Shown: positions 37,662 to 47,436 of the stretch, one piece after another | Layout: each line of letters starts with the position of its first letter | How positions within the stretch are numbered: the first letter of the stretch is position 1 | DNA from: Candidatus Moraniibacteriota bacterium | Lineage (GTDB): Bacteria; Patescibacteriota; Minisyncoccia; Moranbacterales; GWC2-37-73 | NCBI GenBank assembly: GCA_035325685.1 | Contig: DAOKZJ010000001.1 | Coordinates: forward strand, 160 to 64,159 | Reading direction: 5' to 3' | DNA length: 64,000 nucleotides | Translations under genes and position numbers: made by a program | The notes under the pieces: model-generated | Database searches by the model: none | What the model was told of the DNA's origin: nothing | Seen by the model: the letters and a program-made list of their open reading frames with translations, nothing else

Positions 37662-37761
37662 CCGACCCCTTTCCTGGCCGCAACAATTAAAAAACCTTCT
37701 TACTTCCCGCAGCACTTTTTGAATTTCTTGTCGCTGCCGCACGGACAAGGATCGTTGCGGC
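37662..37761. repeat. 100-bp direct repeat, copy 2 (authentic secA 3' end plus 3' UTR)
   Basis: Spans the last ~20 codons of secA and ~38 nt downstream. The copies are separated by a 63-nt spacer that holds the hairpin cgggaaaacc-ca-ggttttcccg. Confidence 0.85.
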
Positions 37762-40324
37762 CTACTGTAGAAGTATTTTTTTGGGGAAGCGTGGCTCCTT
37801 TTTGCGGGGAGACCGCAAATTGCCCCACCTCCTCGTCCGCGCCGCTGTAGCGCAACCCTTCGGGCACCTTTGTTTCCTTGGCCGGCGTTTCCACGCTCAC
37901 TTGACTGATATGGAAAATGGTGCGCAGCACCGTGGTGCGGATGTTTTCTACCAGATGGGAAAAGAGGTTGAAAGCTTCCCGCTTGTACTCAATAAGCGGA
38001 TCGCGTTGACCATAACCTCTAAGCCCTATTCCTTGCCTCAAATAATCTATTTCATCCAAATGATTCATCCAGAGCGTATCTATCGTTTGCAGCAAAATGC
38101 TTTTTTCCACCGAGCGCATCAGTTCCGCTCCGAGCGCGCTTTCCTTGGCTATATAAGCTTCCTTGGCTGCCTGGATAACCTCCCCCGTAAGCGCGGTCGC
38201 TTTTTCGGAATCATTTTTGGATCTGTCTTCCCCGATCGCCTTAAGTTTGACTCTTATCTCCTCCGAAATTGCAAACACTGCCGCCGCATCCGCCGCAACA
38301 CCCTCCGTGTCCCAAAAAGTTCCCTCCCCCCCGGCAATACGTGCCGAAACCATCCGCTCTGCCGCTTCTTCCGTGTATTTAAGTATGTCCTGCTTCACCT
38401 CTTTCTTTTCCAGCGCTTCGCGACGCTTCCGGTATATCACTTCGCGCTGCTTATTCATCACGTCGTCATACTCCAGAACATGTTTGCGCATATCGAAGTT
38501 ATACCCTTCGATTTTGGTCTGGGCGCTTTCGATTGTTTTGGAAATGAGCGCGTTTTGAATCGGTTGATCTTCCGGAAGACCCAGTTTATCCATCATCCCC
38601 TTGAGTCGGTCTCCGCCGAAACGCCGCATCAACTCATCTTCCAGGGAAACATAGAACTGGCTCACCCCCGGATCTCCTTGGCGTCCGGCGCGACCGCGCA
38701 ACTGATTATCGATGCGCCGCGCTTCATGTCTTTCCGTACCGATAATAAAAAGCCCGCCTTTTTCACGCACACCCTCCCCTAATTTTATGTCCGTTCCGCG
38801 CCCCGCCATATTGGTGGCGATAGTCACCGCCCCCATTCTTCCAGCGTCAGCCACGATTGCTGCTTCCCTTTCGTGCTGCTTGGCGTTGAGCACTTCGTGC
38901 CTTACTCCTTCCTTTTTGAGCAATGCGCTCAAATATTCGGATTTCTCGATGGCGATAGTACCGACCAATACCGGCTGCCCTTTGGCATGCACCTCTTTTA
39001 TTCTTTCCACAATAGCGGCAAACTTCCCTTTTTCCGTTTTATAAACCACATCTCCCAAATCCTTGCGGACAAGTGATTTATTGGTGGGTATCTCCAAGAC
39101 ATCCAGTTTGTACACTTTGGAAAATTCTTCCGCACTGGTGGAAGCCGTTCCGGTCATGCCGGCAAGCTTTTCATACATGCGAAAATAATTTTGGAAAGTG
39201 ATTGTGGCCAAAGTGCGGGATTCTTTTTGCACCTCCACTCCTTCCTTGGCCTCGATCGCCTGATGCAAGCCGTCGCTGTAACGCCTGCCCGGCATAAGCC
39301 GCCCCGTAAAGTCATCCACGATAATCACCTCTCCATCTTTCACTACATAATCGCGATCCAGCTTATAAAGCGCGTGTGCACGGAGTGATTGCTCCAGATG
39401 ATGCACATAGTTGATCTTTCCGGGATCGTAAATATTGCCCATGCCTAAGGCATTTTCCACCTTGGCTATTCCGGATTCAGTAAGAACCGCCGCACGCATT
39501 TTTTCGTCCACTTCGTAATCAACCCCTTCCTTAAGGAGAGGCACGATTCCGGCAAAACGCTGGTAGAGTTTGGTCGACTCGCTGTCCGGCGCCGAAATAA
39601 TGAGCGGCGTGCGCGCTTCATCGATCAAGATGGAGTCCACTTCGTCCACGATTGCGAAATTAAGGGGGCGCTGCACCATCTGGGCAAGCGATTGCGCCAT
39701 GTTGTCGCGCAGATAATCAAATCCGAACTCATTATTGGTACCGTAAGTTATATCCGCTTCGTAAGCTTGCCTGCGTGAAACGGGAGTAAGATTTTCCATT
39801 TCCACCGTAACCTCGTCCGCATCCCGCACTTTGGGCTGAAAAAGATAGGAAGCATCATGCATTATGCAAGCCGTCGTAAGGCCCAAAAAATGATAAATTG
39901 ATCCCATCCAGTTGCAGTCACGCCTGGCCAGATAATCATTGACCGTCACCACATGTACTCCCTTGCCGCTCAAAGCATTCAGATAAATAGGCAACGTGGA
40001 GGTAAGGGTTTTTCCTTCCCCTGTTTTCATTTCCGCTATTTTGCCTTGGTGCAAAACAATTCCTCCGATCAACTGCACTTCGTAATGACGCTCGCCGATG
40101 ACCCGCTCCGCCGCCTCACGCACCACCGCAAAAGCTTCCGGCAAAATATCTTCCAGCGTTTCTCCTTTGGCCAGTCTTTGGCGAAACTCCCCTGTCTTGG
40201 CGGCAAGCTCTTCGTCCGAAAGACGTCTTGTCGCTTCTTCCAGCGAGTTTATTTTGCCCGCCAAGGGGCGCAATTTGGCTATCTCCCTTTCGTTTGAACC
40301 GAAAATATTGCTCAAAAATCCCAT
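37700..40324 (-). CDS. secA: Protein translocase ATPase SecA
   Basis: DEAD-like motor domains, preprotein cross-linking domain, and the C-terminal zinc-binding [14 protein letters not shown]. Confidence 0.97.
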   Translation of the reverse strand: MGFLSNIFGSNEREIAKLRPLAGKINSLEEATRRLSDEELAAKTGEFRQRLAKGETLEDILPEAFAVVREAAERVIGERHYEVQLIGGIVLHQGKIAEMKTGEGKTLTSTLPIYLNALSGKGVHVVTVNDYLARRDCNWMGSIYHFLGLTTACIMHDASYLFQPKVRDADEVTVEMENLTPVSRRQAYEADITYGTNNEFGFDYLRDNMAQSLAQMVQRPLNFAIVDEVDSILIDEARTPLIISAPDSESTKLYQRFAGIVPLLKEGVDYEVDEKMRAAVLTESGIAKVENALGMGNIYDPGKINYVHHLEQSLRAHALYKLDRDYVVKDGEVIIVDDFTGRLMPGRRYSDGLHQAIEAKEGVEVQKESRTLATITFQNYFRMYEKLAGMTGTASTSAEEFSKVYKLDVLEIPTNKSLVRKDLGDVVYKTEKGKFAAIVERIKEVHAKGQPVLVGTIAIEKSEYLSALLKKEGVRHEVLNAKQHEREAAIVADAGRMGAVTIATNMAGRGTDIKLGEGVREKGGLFIIGTERHEARRIDNQLRGRAGRQGDPGVSQFYVSLEDELMRRFGGDRLKGMMDKLGLPEDQPIQNALISKTIESAQTKIEGYNFDMRKHVLEYDDVMNKQREVIYRKRREALEKKEVKQDILKYTEEAAERMVSARIAGGEGTFWDTEGVAADAAAVFAISEEIRVKLKAIGEDRSKNDSEKATALTGEVIQAAKEAYIAKESALGAELMRSVEKSILLQTIDTLWMNHLDEIDYLRQGIGLRGYGQRDPLIEYKREAFNLFSHLVENIRTTVLRTIFHISQVSVETPAKETKVPEGLRYSGADEEVGQFAVSPQKGATLPQKNTSTVGRNDPCPCGSDKKFKKCCGK

Positions 40325-40361
40325 AAGTTCTCTTTTTTAACATATTTTTCCACTCGCTCGA

Positions 40362-40389
40362 ATATACCATTCCCGCAAGACCGCGTCAA
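40362..40389 (-). promoter_or_regulatory. Putative sigma-70 promoter for secA
   Basis: On the minus strand: TTGACG, a 17-nt spacer, then TATATT, ~35 nt upstream of the secA ATG. Confidence 0.45.
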
Positions 40390-40550
40390 AACCCCAAGCG
40401 CTCCGCACCTCATATCTGGTGCTTGGCATCTTACATCCTCGAACTTGAAACTTAAAGCTCGCGACCAAACCCGCCAGCTCGCTAAAGCATTGACCGTTTA
40501 ATGTGCAACTTTTTTAACTTTTAACTTTTGCCTTTTACCTTTTCACCCGC

Positions 40551-41795
40551 CTATTCCCACCCGCTCATCAGGATGCCCAAATCCTTGGTATTAACTATGC
40601 CGTCGCTGTTTTTGTCCGAAGCGGCGTTGGCAGTGAGCCAAGCAGCAATAAACTGAAGAAAGTCAAAGATGTCATAAGATGCCCCCTGGGAAGAACCGAA
40701 AGTTATCGGATAGCCGCTTGCATTGGCGGAGCCATTGGCGTCTACCACGTAAAGATAGGCAGAAGAGCCATCGGAAAAAGATCCTTGGTTGACACTTATC
40801 TCCAGTGCCGTATCCGCCCATTGGTTTTGGGGTAGTTGGATTTCACAATGACTACTTGCTGCTTTGGTCGAGCTTTCGCATATCTCCACCCTGGCCAAAG
40901 TGTTATCCACGTATATTTCTCCAAAATCTACCGTTGCCGCATCGGGGCTATAATCAAATTCCGGCATCCAGCCTAGGGCGCCTATGCCGTTGATGCTGGC
41001 AAGATTTCCCTCCGAAGCTCCTCCGCTCATACAATCGACTTTGCCCGAATAACAATCTAAAAATTCCTCGTTATTTACAGAAAGTCTTATTCTGGGATGA
41101 TAAGGTAAAGATCCGTTATCTAAAATCTTTTCCATCCTGTTCCAAGCGCCTCTGTTTATAAATGATTCGTGCCAGGCGCCAAACCTGTACCCTTGGGAAA
41201 AATCATAACCGGTAGTGTGCTCCGGCGACCAAATAATGGAAGCAATTTCCCATTGTCCTGTTGGCGTAAATCTTGTAAATTTATTTTGCGAATTATCCAG
41301 GGTACCATTTGCACTCACCCAATTCCACCAAGTAACATACATGCTCTTATTATTCGCTTCAGGAAAAACTTCTCCTCCCACGGCCGCCCATTCATGTGCC
41401 GCGTCAATATTTGAATTTGGATTGTTGCTGTATTTTGCAGTCCATTTTCCCCTGGGGTTTATGGTTTTATAATAGGGGGATTCTCCGGCATAACCTTCGT
41501 TCCAAGGATAACTTGCCCCGACAGGAATCCTATTTCCGTTTGACAAGCCAGCATACATGCCGTCTACCGGGTCCCACTTGAGAGGAGCTACCGGATTTTT
41601 TATTCCAAATCCATTCCCCGAAATTGTCACGCTCTGTCCATGCCGCAAGGCATTGCTCACGCTTGAAATGCTTGGCGCGGCAAAAGCAGTCTGCGCGGCA
41701 AAAAAAGACCCTACTGATATAGCCAAACATATTTTATTACGTAACTCGTTACGTAATAAGTTACGTAATTTCTTTTTCTTCATTTCTATATGCAT
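40551..41795 (-). CDS. Secreted protein with a C-terminal dockerin-like Ca-binding segment (paralog A)
   Basis: Signal peptide, then AAPSISS...GQSVTISGNGFG (TIG-like), a W/G/N-rich body, and the C-terminus SDKNSDGIVNTKDLGILMSGWE. The last ~95 nt are identical to paralog B. Confidence 0.7.
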   Translation of the reverse strand: MHIEMKKKKLRNLLRNELRNKICLAISVGSFFAAQTAFAAPSISSVSNALRHGQSVTISGNGFGIKNPVAPLKWDPVDGMYAGLSNGNRIPVGASYPWNEGYAGESPYYKTINPRGKWTAKYSNNPNSNIDAAHEWAAVGGEVFPEANNKSMYVTWWNWVSANGTLDNSQNKFTRFTPTGQWEIASIIWSPEHTTGYDFSQGYRFGAWHESFINRGAWNRMEKILDNGSLPYHPRIRLSVNNEEFLDCYSGKVDCMSGGASEGNLASINGIGALGWMPEFDYSPDAATVDFGEIYVDNTLARVEICESSTKAASSHCEIQLPQNQWADTALEISVNQGSFSDGSSAYLYVVDANGSANASGYPITFGSSQGASYDIFDFLQFIAAWLTANAASDKNSDGIVNTKDLGILMSGWE

Positions 41796-41891
41796 GTCGT
41801 ATTGATTATTTCGTATTTCCTTTCTGCAACTCTCTACTTGTATCTTGTACTTTTCACCTTTTAACTTTTTAACTTTTAACTTTTCGCCCGC

Positions 41892-43142
41892 CTATTCCCA
41901 CCCGCTCATCAGGATGCCCAAATCCTTGGTATTAACTATGCCGTCGCTGTTTTTGTCCGAAGCGGCGTTGGCAGTGAGCCAATTCACCACTAGTTGCAAA
42001 AAGTCAGAAACAGAATAAGTCTGCGGCTGCGCTTGGCTGCCAATGGTAATTGGATATCCCTGACTTACGGAATTGTTCTGATCCGTCACAAAAAGATAAG
42101 CTGTCGCACCGTTGCTGAAGCTGCCTTGATTGACCGTGAAAGATACCTGGGAACTGTTCCATGCGCTCGGTATCTGGATTTCGCGATGCGTACAGTCCGC
42201 ATAAACCGGCGCATTTCCTATCTCCACCCGCGCCCATGTCCGATCTATATACAAATCGTCTATGTACGCATCCGCGCCGGTATTGGCCGGCATGGAAATA
42301 GGATCACCCGGATCTTCATCAGTCGCCCAATAATGTCCGATGCGTATTTCCGTGGGCAGGACATTGCGCAAACGGAATACAACGGTATTGGAAAAGGGAG
42401 TTGAAGGACGCGAATTTACATAGCGATACATGACCCCGTCGCCCACGCCGGGAGTCGACGTCTTGTAAATGACTTGCTCATGCTTCCAGGTGCCATACAT
42501 GCGATCCTCGTCATTCCAAAGCTCCACGCCCGGTGGCTGCGTCGGATACGCATCATCCCAAATCGCAAAAAGCCCCCCATTTCCGGGCCTGAATATGCCC
42601 GGATTCATTTGCAAAGTTATGTCATTGGTCCACACCCGCCAGGGTTTGTAATTGCGCCCATTTGTCCCGCTGCTATCCAACGGCGTCAAGCGATACCAAT
42701 AATCCAAATACAGTAACGGATAGCCGTTATCGTAATCATTGACACAAAGCGAAACGTTTTCCGTGGCAGGACGAAAGGAATGCTTGCTGGAAATTGAATG
42801 ACCCGAAGATCCGCGTGAAACTTCGGAAGAATAGCGCGCCAGATCGGATCCCGTTCCGCCACTCCAGCCGGTAACCAACTGGCCGGAAGCTCCTTGTTCA
42901 AAATTATCCCAGCGATAAGGAGCGGCGCTGCTCTTTGTTCCGAAATTGCTTCCCGAAACGGTGATTGTCTGCCCTTGCTGGACAGTGCCTTGCAAAGAAG
43001 AGATGCTTGGCGCAGCATGAGCCACATTCATCCCCCAAAAGATTGCGCTCAGCGCACCCAAAAGCGTTCCGCCATATAACAAGCCGGGTAATTTATTTTT
43101 TCTCGCTCCTGTTGCCATAAAAATAGTTGTAGTAGGGGACAT
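41892..43142 (-). CDS. Secreted protein with a C-terminal dockerin-like segment (paralog B)
   Basis: Same N-terminal AAPSISS...GQTITVSGSNFG module and an identical C-terminus. The start is uncertain (ATG 43142, ATG 43118, or TTG 43208). Confidence 0.65.
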   Translation of the reverse strand: MSPTTTIFMATGARKNKLPGLLYGGTLLGALSAIFWGMNVAHAAPSISSLQGTVQQGQTITVSGSNFGTKSSAAPYRWDNFEQGASGQLVTGWSGGTGSDLARYSSEVSRGSSGHSISSKHSFRPATENVSLCVNDYDNGYPLLYLDYWYRLTPLDSSGTNGRNYKPWRVWTNDITLQMNPGIFRPGNGGLFAIWDDAYPTQPPGVELWNDEDRMYGTWKHEQVIYKTSTPGVGDGVMYRYVNSRPSTPFSNTVVFRLRNVLPTEIRIGHYWATDEDPGDPISMPANTGADAYIDDLYIDRTWARVEIGNAPVYADCTHREIQIPSAWNSSQVSFTVNQGSFSNGATAYLFVTDQNNSVSQGYPITIGSQAQPQTYSVSDFLQLVVNWLTANAASDKNSDGIVNTKDLGILMSGWE

Positions 43143-43208
43143 ATATCTTTTTATTTGCACCTTGCCCCTTATCTTTTCTATTATACCACCTCTCCTTGTT
43201 TGACCCAA

Positions 43209-43246
43209 AAAAAGAAAGGGGCTGCCCGCTCAGGCAGCCCCCCTCA
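43209..43246 (-). terminator. Rho-independent terminator after hpf
   Basis: On the minus strand: gggggctgcc-tgagcg-ggcagcccc followed by tttcttttttt. Confidence 0.65.
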
Positions 43247-43256
43247 CCACACCTTT

Positions 43257-43601
43257 TTAGAAACGCGCATTCTCGTCAATGACGGTTTTCTTTTTTATGG
43301 ATCTTCCGCCTCTTTTTTGCAGCGTAAGCAACTTATCCTTAAGATGGGCTATTTGGTCTTGAATTTCATCCACCACCAGATCGGTTGAACCCTCGATGCT
43401 TTCCGTCGTATTTTCGGCACGGAACAAGTCGCGCGGCGTCCTGACCATTACTTCCACCCGGAACTTGCCTTTTTTATCCACGCCTATCTCCACTTCGGTT
43501 TGTAATATGTTTTCCGTCATCTTGCCTATGGATTCGAGCCTCTTGCTTACGTACTCCCGCGTTCGCTCATCCACTTCCACCCCCTTGAACAAAAATCTCA
43601 T
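43257..43601 (-). CDS. hpf: Ribosome hibernation promoting factor (HPF/RaiA family)
   Basis: MRFLFKGVEVDERTREYVSKRLESIGK...FRVEVMV... shows the S30AE/HPF beta-alpha-beta-beta-beta-alpha pattern. Confidence 0.85.
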   Translation of the reverse strand: MRFLFKGVEVDERTREYVSKRLESIGKMTENILQTEVEIGVDKKGKFRVEVMVRTPRDLFRAENTTESIEGSTDLVVDEIQDQIAHLKDKLLTLQKRGGRSIKKKTVIDENARF

Positions 43602-43697
43602 GTTGCTCGTTGCTCCGTTTGGCATATGTTTGTCTTTAAGGAATTACCGGACCATTTTAACATAATACAACTTTGAAAGCCAAAAATTCTTTTTTTC

Positions 43698-44627
43698 TCA
43701 AAATCCCAAATAACTGACCTCTTCCTGCAGCTGTACGCCGAATTTGTCGCGCACCTGTTGTTTTACGAAACTGGAAAGCATAGCCACATCGCTGGCAGTC
43801 GCATCTTGAAAATTTATGATGTAATTGGCATGGTCCTTGCTCACCATCGCTCCGCCTATCCTTTTGCCCCCGAGGCCAGCCTTGTCCACAAACCACCCGG
43901 CTGGCAACCGCTCATCCTTGGGCTCCTTTCCTTGATCCAAAGAAAATTCCTGCCTGAGATTTTCATCTTCCACTATCGGGTTCATAAAAAAGGAACCGGC
44001 GCTGCGCATCCCGTGCAGTCCTCTTTCGGCTCTTTGCTTAACTATGCCAGCTGTCTTTTCCTGCACCTCTTTGGCCTCGCTTGCAGTCAAAACAAATTTC
44101 GCTCCCGTTATTATCTTACCCGCATCCCCTTTGAAAACGCTGCTGCGATAAGCGAACGCGCAGCTCTCTTTTGGAAGTTCTCTTATGGTTTTTTGCTGCA
44201 GATCATAAAAAGTCACGGCTTCAAGCTTATCGGCAGTTTGAGCACCAAACGCTCCGGCATTGCCCCTTACCGCCCCGCCCAGACTACCCGGAATGCCGGC
44301 AAGCCCCTCCATCCCGCCAAGACCGCTCTCGGCAGCCATATTGACTACTTTTATAAGCGGAGCTCCGGCATCTGCAAAAATGGTGTGGCCTTCTACGCTT
44401 ATCTTATTCATCTTCATGCGAACAACTAACCCCTTCACCCCGACGTCATTTACCAATACATTGCTGCATCCGCCCAAAACTACCAAGGGAACCCTCTTAT
44501 CTTCGGCCCAACGCACCGCTTCTTCCAAATCTTCCACATCCCAAATGGTGCAATAAAACTCAGCCCTGCCTCCTATCCTGAAGGAAGTCATCGGTCCCAA
44601 GGGAATATTTTCTTCTATTTTTAGCAT
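43698..44627 (-). CDS. murB: UDP-N-acetylenolpyruvoylglucosamine reductase
   Basis: FAD-binding N-terminus (TSFRIGGRAEFY...VLGGCSNVLV) and the MurB C-terminal domain. Confidence 0.93.
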   Translation of the reverse strand: MLKIEENIPLGPMTSFRIGGRAEFYCTIWDVEDLEEAVRWAEDKRVPLVVLGGCSNVLVNDVGVKGLVVRMKMNKISVEGHTIFADAGAPLIKVVNMAAESGLGGMEGLAGIPGSLGGAVRGNAGAFGAQTADKLEAVTFYDLQQKTIRELPKESCAFAYRSSVFKGDAGKIITGAKFVLTASEAKEVQEKTAGIVKQRAERGLHGMRSAGSFFMNPIVEDENLRQEFSLDQGKEPKDERLPAGWFVDKAGLGGKRIGGAMVSKDHANYIINFQDATASDVAMLSSFVKQQVRDKFGVQLQEEVSYLGF

Positions 44628-44644
44628 ATTTTTATCGTTATTAT

Positions 44645-47380
44645 TTACGGAGAAAATTCTTTTCCGTTAGCTTTACGCGCCTCTTCGTAAAGGAAAACTG
44701 CTACCGTAACTCCCCCGGCAAACAGCCATTCCCTCGGTCCGATAGGATAAAGCCCCAAAAGGCCAGAAATCTGCGGCACGTAAATGAATGCTGCCAAAAT
44801 ACCAACCGAAGCACAGATGGCATATATGGCGGCACGGTTGGAAAAAAATCCGAGTTTAAAAACAGAAATTGTTTCGCTGCGCGCCGCCAAAAGATTGGCC
44901 ATCTGGCTAAGCGCCAAGACCGCGTAAGCTGCCGTGGTGGACTTAGCATAAAGTACGCTTGAGACATCTATTTCCTTTCCGAATTCCCAGCCTCCTGCAA
45001 GCATGGTAACCAAAAAAGCGGCTATTGCCCCGGTGGCCATAAGCAAGCCAACCCGCATCAACCGCCAAAATCCCGCGGCTGTGAGCACTTTAGCTGCCGG
45101 CACAAAAGGCCTTCGACGCATAATGCCGGGCTCAGGTTTTTCCGCACTCAGTGAAAAAGAAGGAAAAATATCCGTTCCCAAATCGATTGCCAATATTTGC
45201 ACCGCGGTTATCGGAGCCGGAAGCCCCAAAAGCACTCCCATAACGACTGTCAGAAATTCACTGGCATTGGAAGTGAACACATAATAAACAAATTTTCGAA
45301 GATTTTGGTAAATGGTGCGTCCCTCTCGCACCACCCGCACAATGGAAGCAAAATTATCATCCAAAAGAATCATGTCCGCGGCTTCCTTGGCCACGTCGCT
45401 GCCTATTTTGCCCATAGCGATCCCTATGCTTGCTTTTTTAAGCGCCGGCGCATCATTGACCCCGTCCCCCGTCATGGCGATAACCGCACCGCTTGTCGTA
45501 AGGATGCGAGCTATCCTTAGCTTCTGCTCAGGAGCGATCCGCGCAAAAACCACCTCTTTGCTGCACAGCACCCCCAAAAGCTCTTCGTCGGAAATGTTAT
45601 CCAGCTGCTTGCCGCTTATGATCTGGTAATTTCCCGGACTTATCATGCCCACCGCACGCGCAATCGCTTCAGCCGTTTTTTCATAATCGCCCGTTATCAT
45701 GATCACTTTTATCCCCCCGCTTCTGCATTCTTCTACCGCCTTGCCCACATCCGCGCGGGGCGAATCAATCATCCCCGCCACACCCAGCCATGTAAGGCCT
45801 TTTTCCGCCTCCTCTTCCCATTCCGCCTTCCCAACACAATTTAGCTCCCGCTCAGCCAGGGCTAACACGCGCAACGCTTGCGAAGAATAGCGATCGTAAT
45901 TTCTTTTTAGCCTTTCTTTATCCTCGGGCGTTATGATCCTCGGCTTATTTCCTGCAAAAATGTGCGTACATCTTTCTATAAGAACATCCGGCGAGCCTTT
46001 GACGTAAGAAAATGCCTTACCGGAAGAATCCTCTTTGAAAATCACGCTCATGCGCATTCTTTCCGAAGAAAACGGCACCATTCCCACTTTGGAAAAACCT
46101 TCCTGGAAATAATTTTCGCCTGGGGCGTATTTGCGCGAAGCCACAACCAGAGCTCCTTCCGTGGGATCGCCGGTTATTTGCCAAGATCCTTCTGCTTGCC
46201 CGAGAGTCGCTTCACTGCATAGCGCACTCACGCGCATGCATTTGCTTATTGCCAAAAAATTCTTAGGATCGATTTTTCTGCCGAATTGCCAAAAATCCCC
46301 TTTTATATCGTAACCTTCGCCGGTCAAAGAAAACTCTCCTTCGGCCGTACTTAAAACCGTCACCATGAGCTCGTTGCGCGTGATCGTTCCGGTTTTATCC
46401 GTGCAAATGACCGACACGGAAGAAAGGGTTTCCACCGCGTTCAATTTCTTGGCCAAGACATTGCTTTTGAGCAGACGCCGCATCCCCAAAGAAAGCGCGA
46501 CCGATACGGCCGCCGGCAAGCCTTCCGGAACAACCGAAACCGACAGAGCCAAGGCAAACAAAAAAGTTTCATACCAACCGATTCCTTGCGAAATGCCGGC
46601 CACCAAGACCAAGACAGCAATCAGCAGTGAAAGCACGGTGACGTCTTTTCCCAAAACGCGCATCTGTTTTTGCAGTGGCGTTTCTTCTTCTTCCACCTTG
46701 GCCACCATGTCCGCAATTTTGCCCAACTCCGTTCCCATGCCGGTAGCAGTCACCAACATCACGGCCTCTCCGCGCGTAAGAGAAGTCCCCATATGCAACA
46801 TATTGCCGCGTTCGGCCACTGCTTCCTCCTTTTCGCTTCCTTTTTTGCGCACCTCTTTGCGTTTTGGCTTGGATTCCCCCGTGAATACGAATTCATTGGC
46901 ATAAACTTCATATCCTTCTATAAGCAGACCGTCCGCAGGCACACTGTCGCCGGCGCTCAACATAACGATATCTCCCGCAACCAAAAGGCTGCTGTCTATT
47001 TCTCGCCGTACTCCGCTTCGCTTAACTACCGCCCTATCGGCCGAAAGTTTACGAATACTTTCGAGTGTCCGCTCAGCCTTGTATTCCTGAAAAAAACCGA
47101 TGAGCGCGTTAACCAGCACTATGCAAATAATGATACCGAAGTCCCTTTTTTCCCCAAAAATAAGAGCCAGCAGCGCTGCCACCAAAAGTATCCACACCAG
47201 CGCGCTGTTGAACTGTCCCCCGAATATCTTGGCAACAGAAAAACCTTTTTTGCTTTTGAGGATATTGCGTCCGTTTTTTTTGAGTCGCAAAGCGGCTTCA
47301 CCGTCCGAAAGACCTTCCGGAAAAGATTTCAGCTCGACAAAAGCTTCCTCGATGCCCAGCAAGTATTGTTTCTTTTCCAT
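44645..47380 (-). CDS. P-type cation-transporting ATPase (type II-like)
   Basis: DKTGTIT, TGDGVNDAPALKKA, a TGES-like segment, and about 10 TM helices. Start at MEKKQYLL. Confidence 0.93.
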   Translation of the reverse strand: MEKKQYLLGIEEAFVELKSFPEGLSDGEAALRLKKNGRNILKSKKGFSVAKIFGGQFNSALVWILLVAALLALIFGEKRDFGIIICIVLVNALIGFFQEYKAERTLESIRKLSADRAVVKRSGVRREIDSSLLVAGDIVMLSAGDSVPADGLLIEGYEVYANEFVFTGESKPKRKEVRKKGSEKEEAVAERGNMLHMGTSLTRGEAVMLVTATGMGTELGKIADMVAKVEEEETPLQKQMRVLGKDVTVLSLLIAVLVLVAGISQGIGWYETFLFALALSVSVVPEGLPAAVSVALSLGMRRLLKSNVLAKKLNAVETLSSVSVICTDKTGTITRNELMVTVLSTAEGEFSLTGEGYDIKGDFWQFGRKIDPKNFLAISKCMRVSALCSEATLGQAEGSWQITGDPTEGALVVASRKYAPGENYFQEGFSKVGMVPFSSERMRMSVIFKEDSSGKAFSYVKGSPDVLIERCTHIFAGNKPRIITPEDKERLKRNYDRYSSQALRVLALAERELNCVGKAEWEEEAEKGLTWLGVAGMIDSPRADVGKAVEECRSGGIKVIMITGDYEKTAEAIARAVGMISPGNYQIISGKQLDNISDEELLGVLCSKEVVFARIAPEQKLRIARILTTSGAVIAMTGDGVNDAPALKKASIGIAMGKIGSDVAKEAADMILLDDNFASIVRVVREGRTIYQNLRKFVYYVFTSNASEFLTVVMGVLLGLPAPITAVQILAIDLGTDIFPSFSLSAEKPEPGIMRRRPFVPAAKVLTAAGFWRLMRVGLLMATGAIAAFLVTMLAGGWEFGKEIDVSSVLYAKSTTAAYAVLALSQMANLLAARSETISVFKLGFFSNRAAIYAICASVGILAAFIYVPQISGLLGLYPIGPREWLFAGGVTVAVFLYEEARKANGKEFSP

Positions 47381-47436
47381 TTTTTTGGTTTTTAGTTCGA
47401 AAGATTCCTTGTTGAAGAAAATAAAATCAGCCAAAG

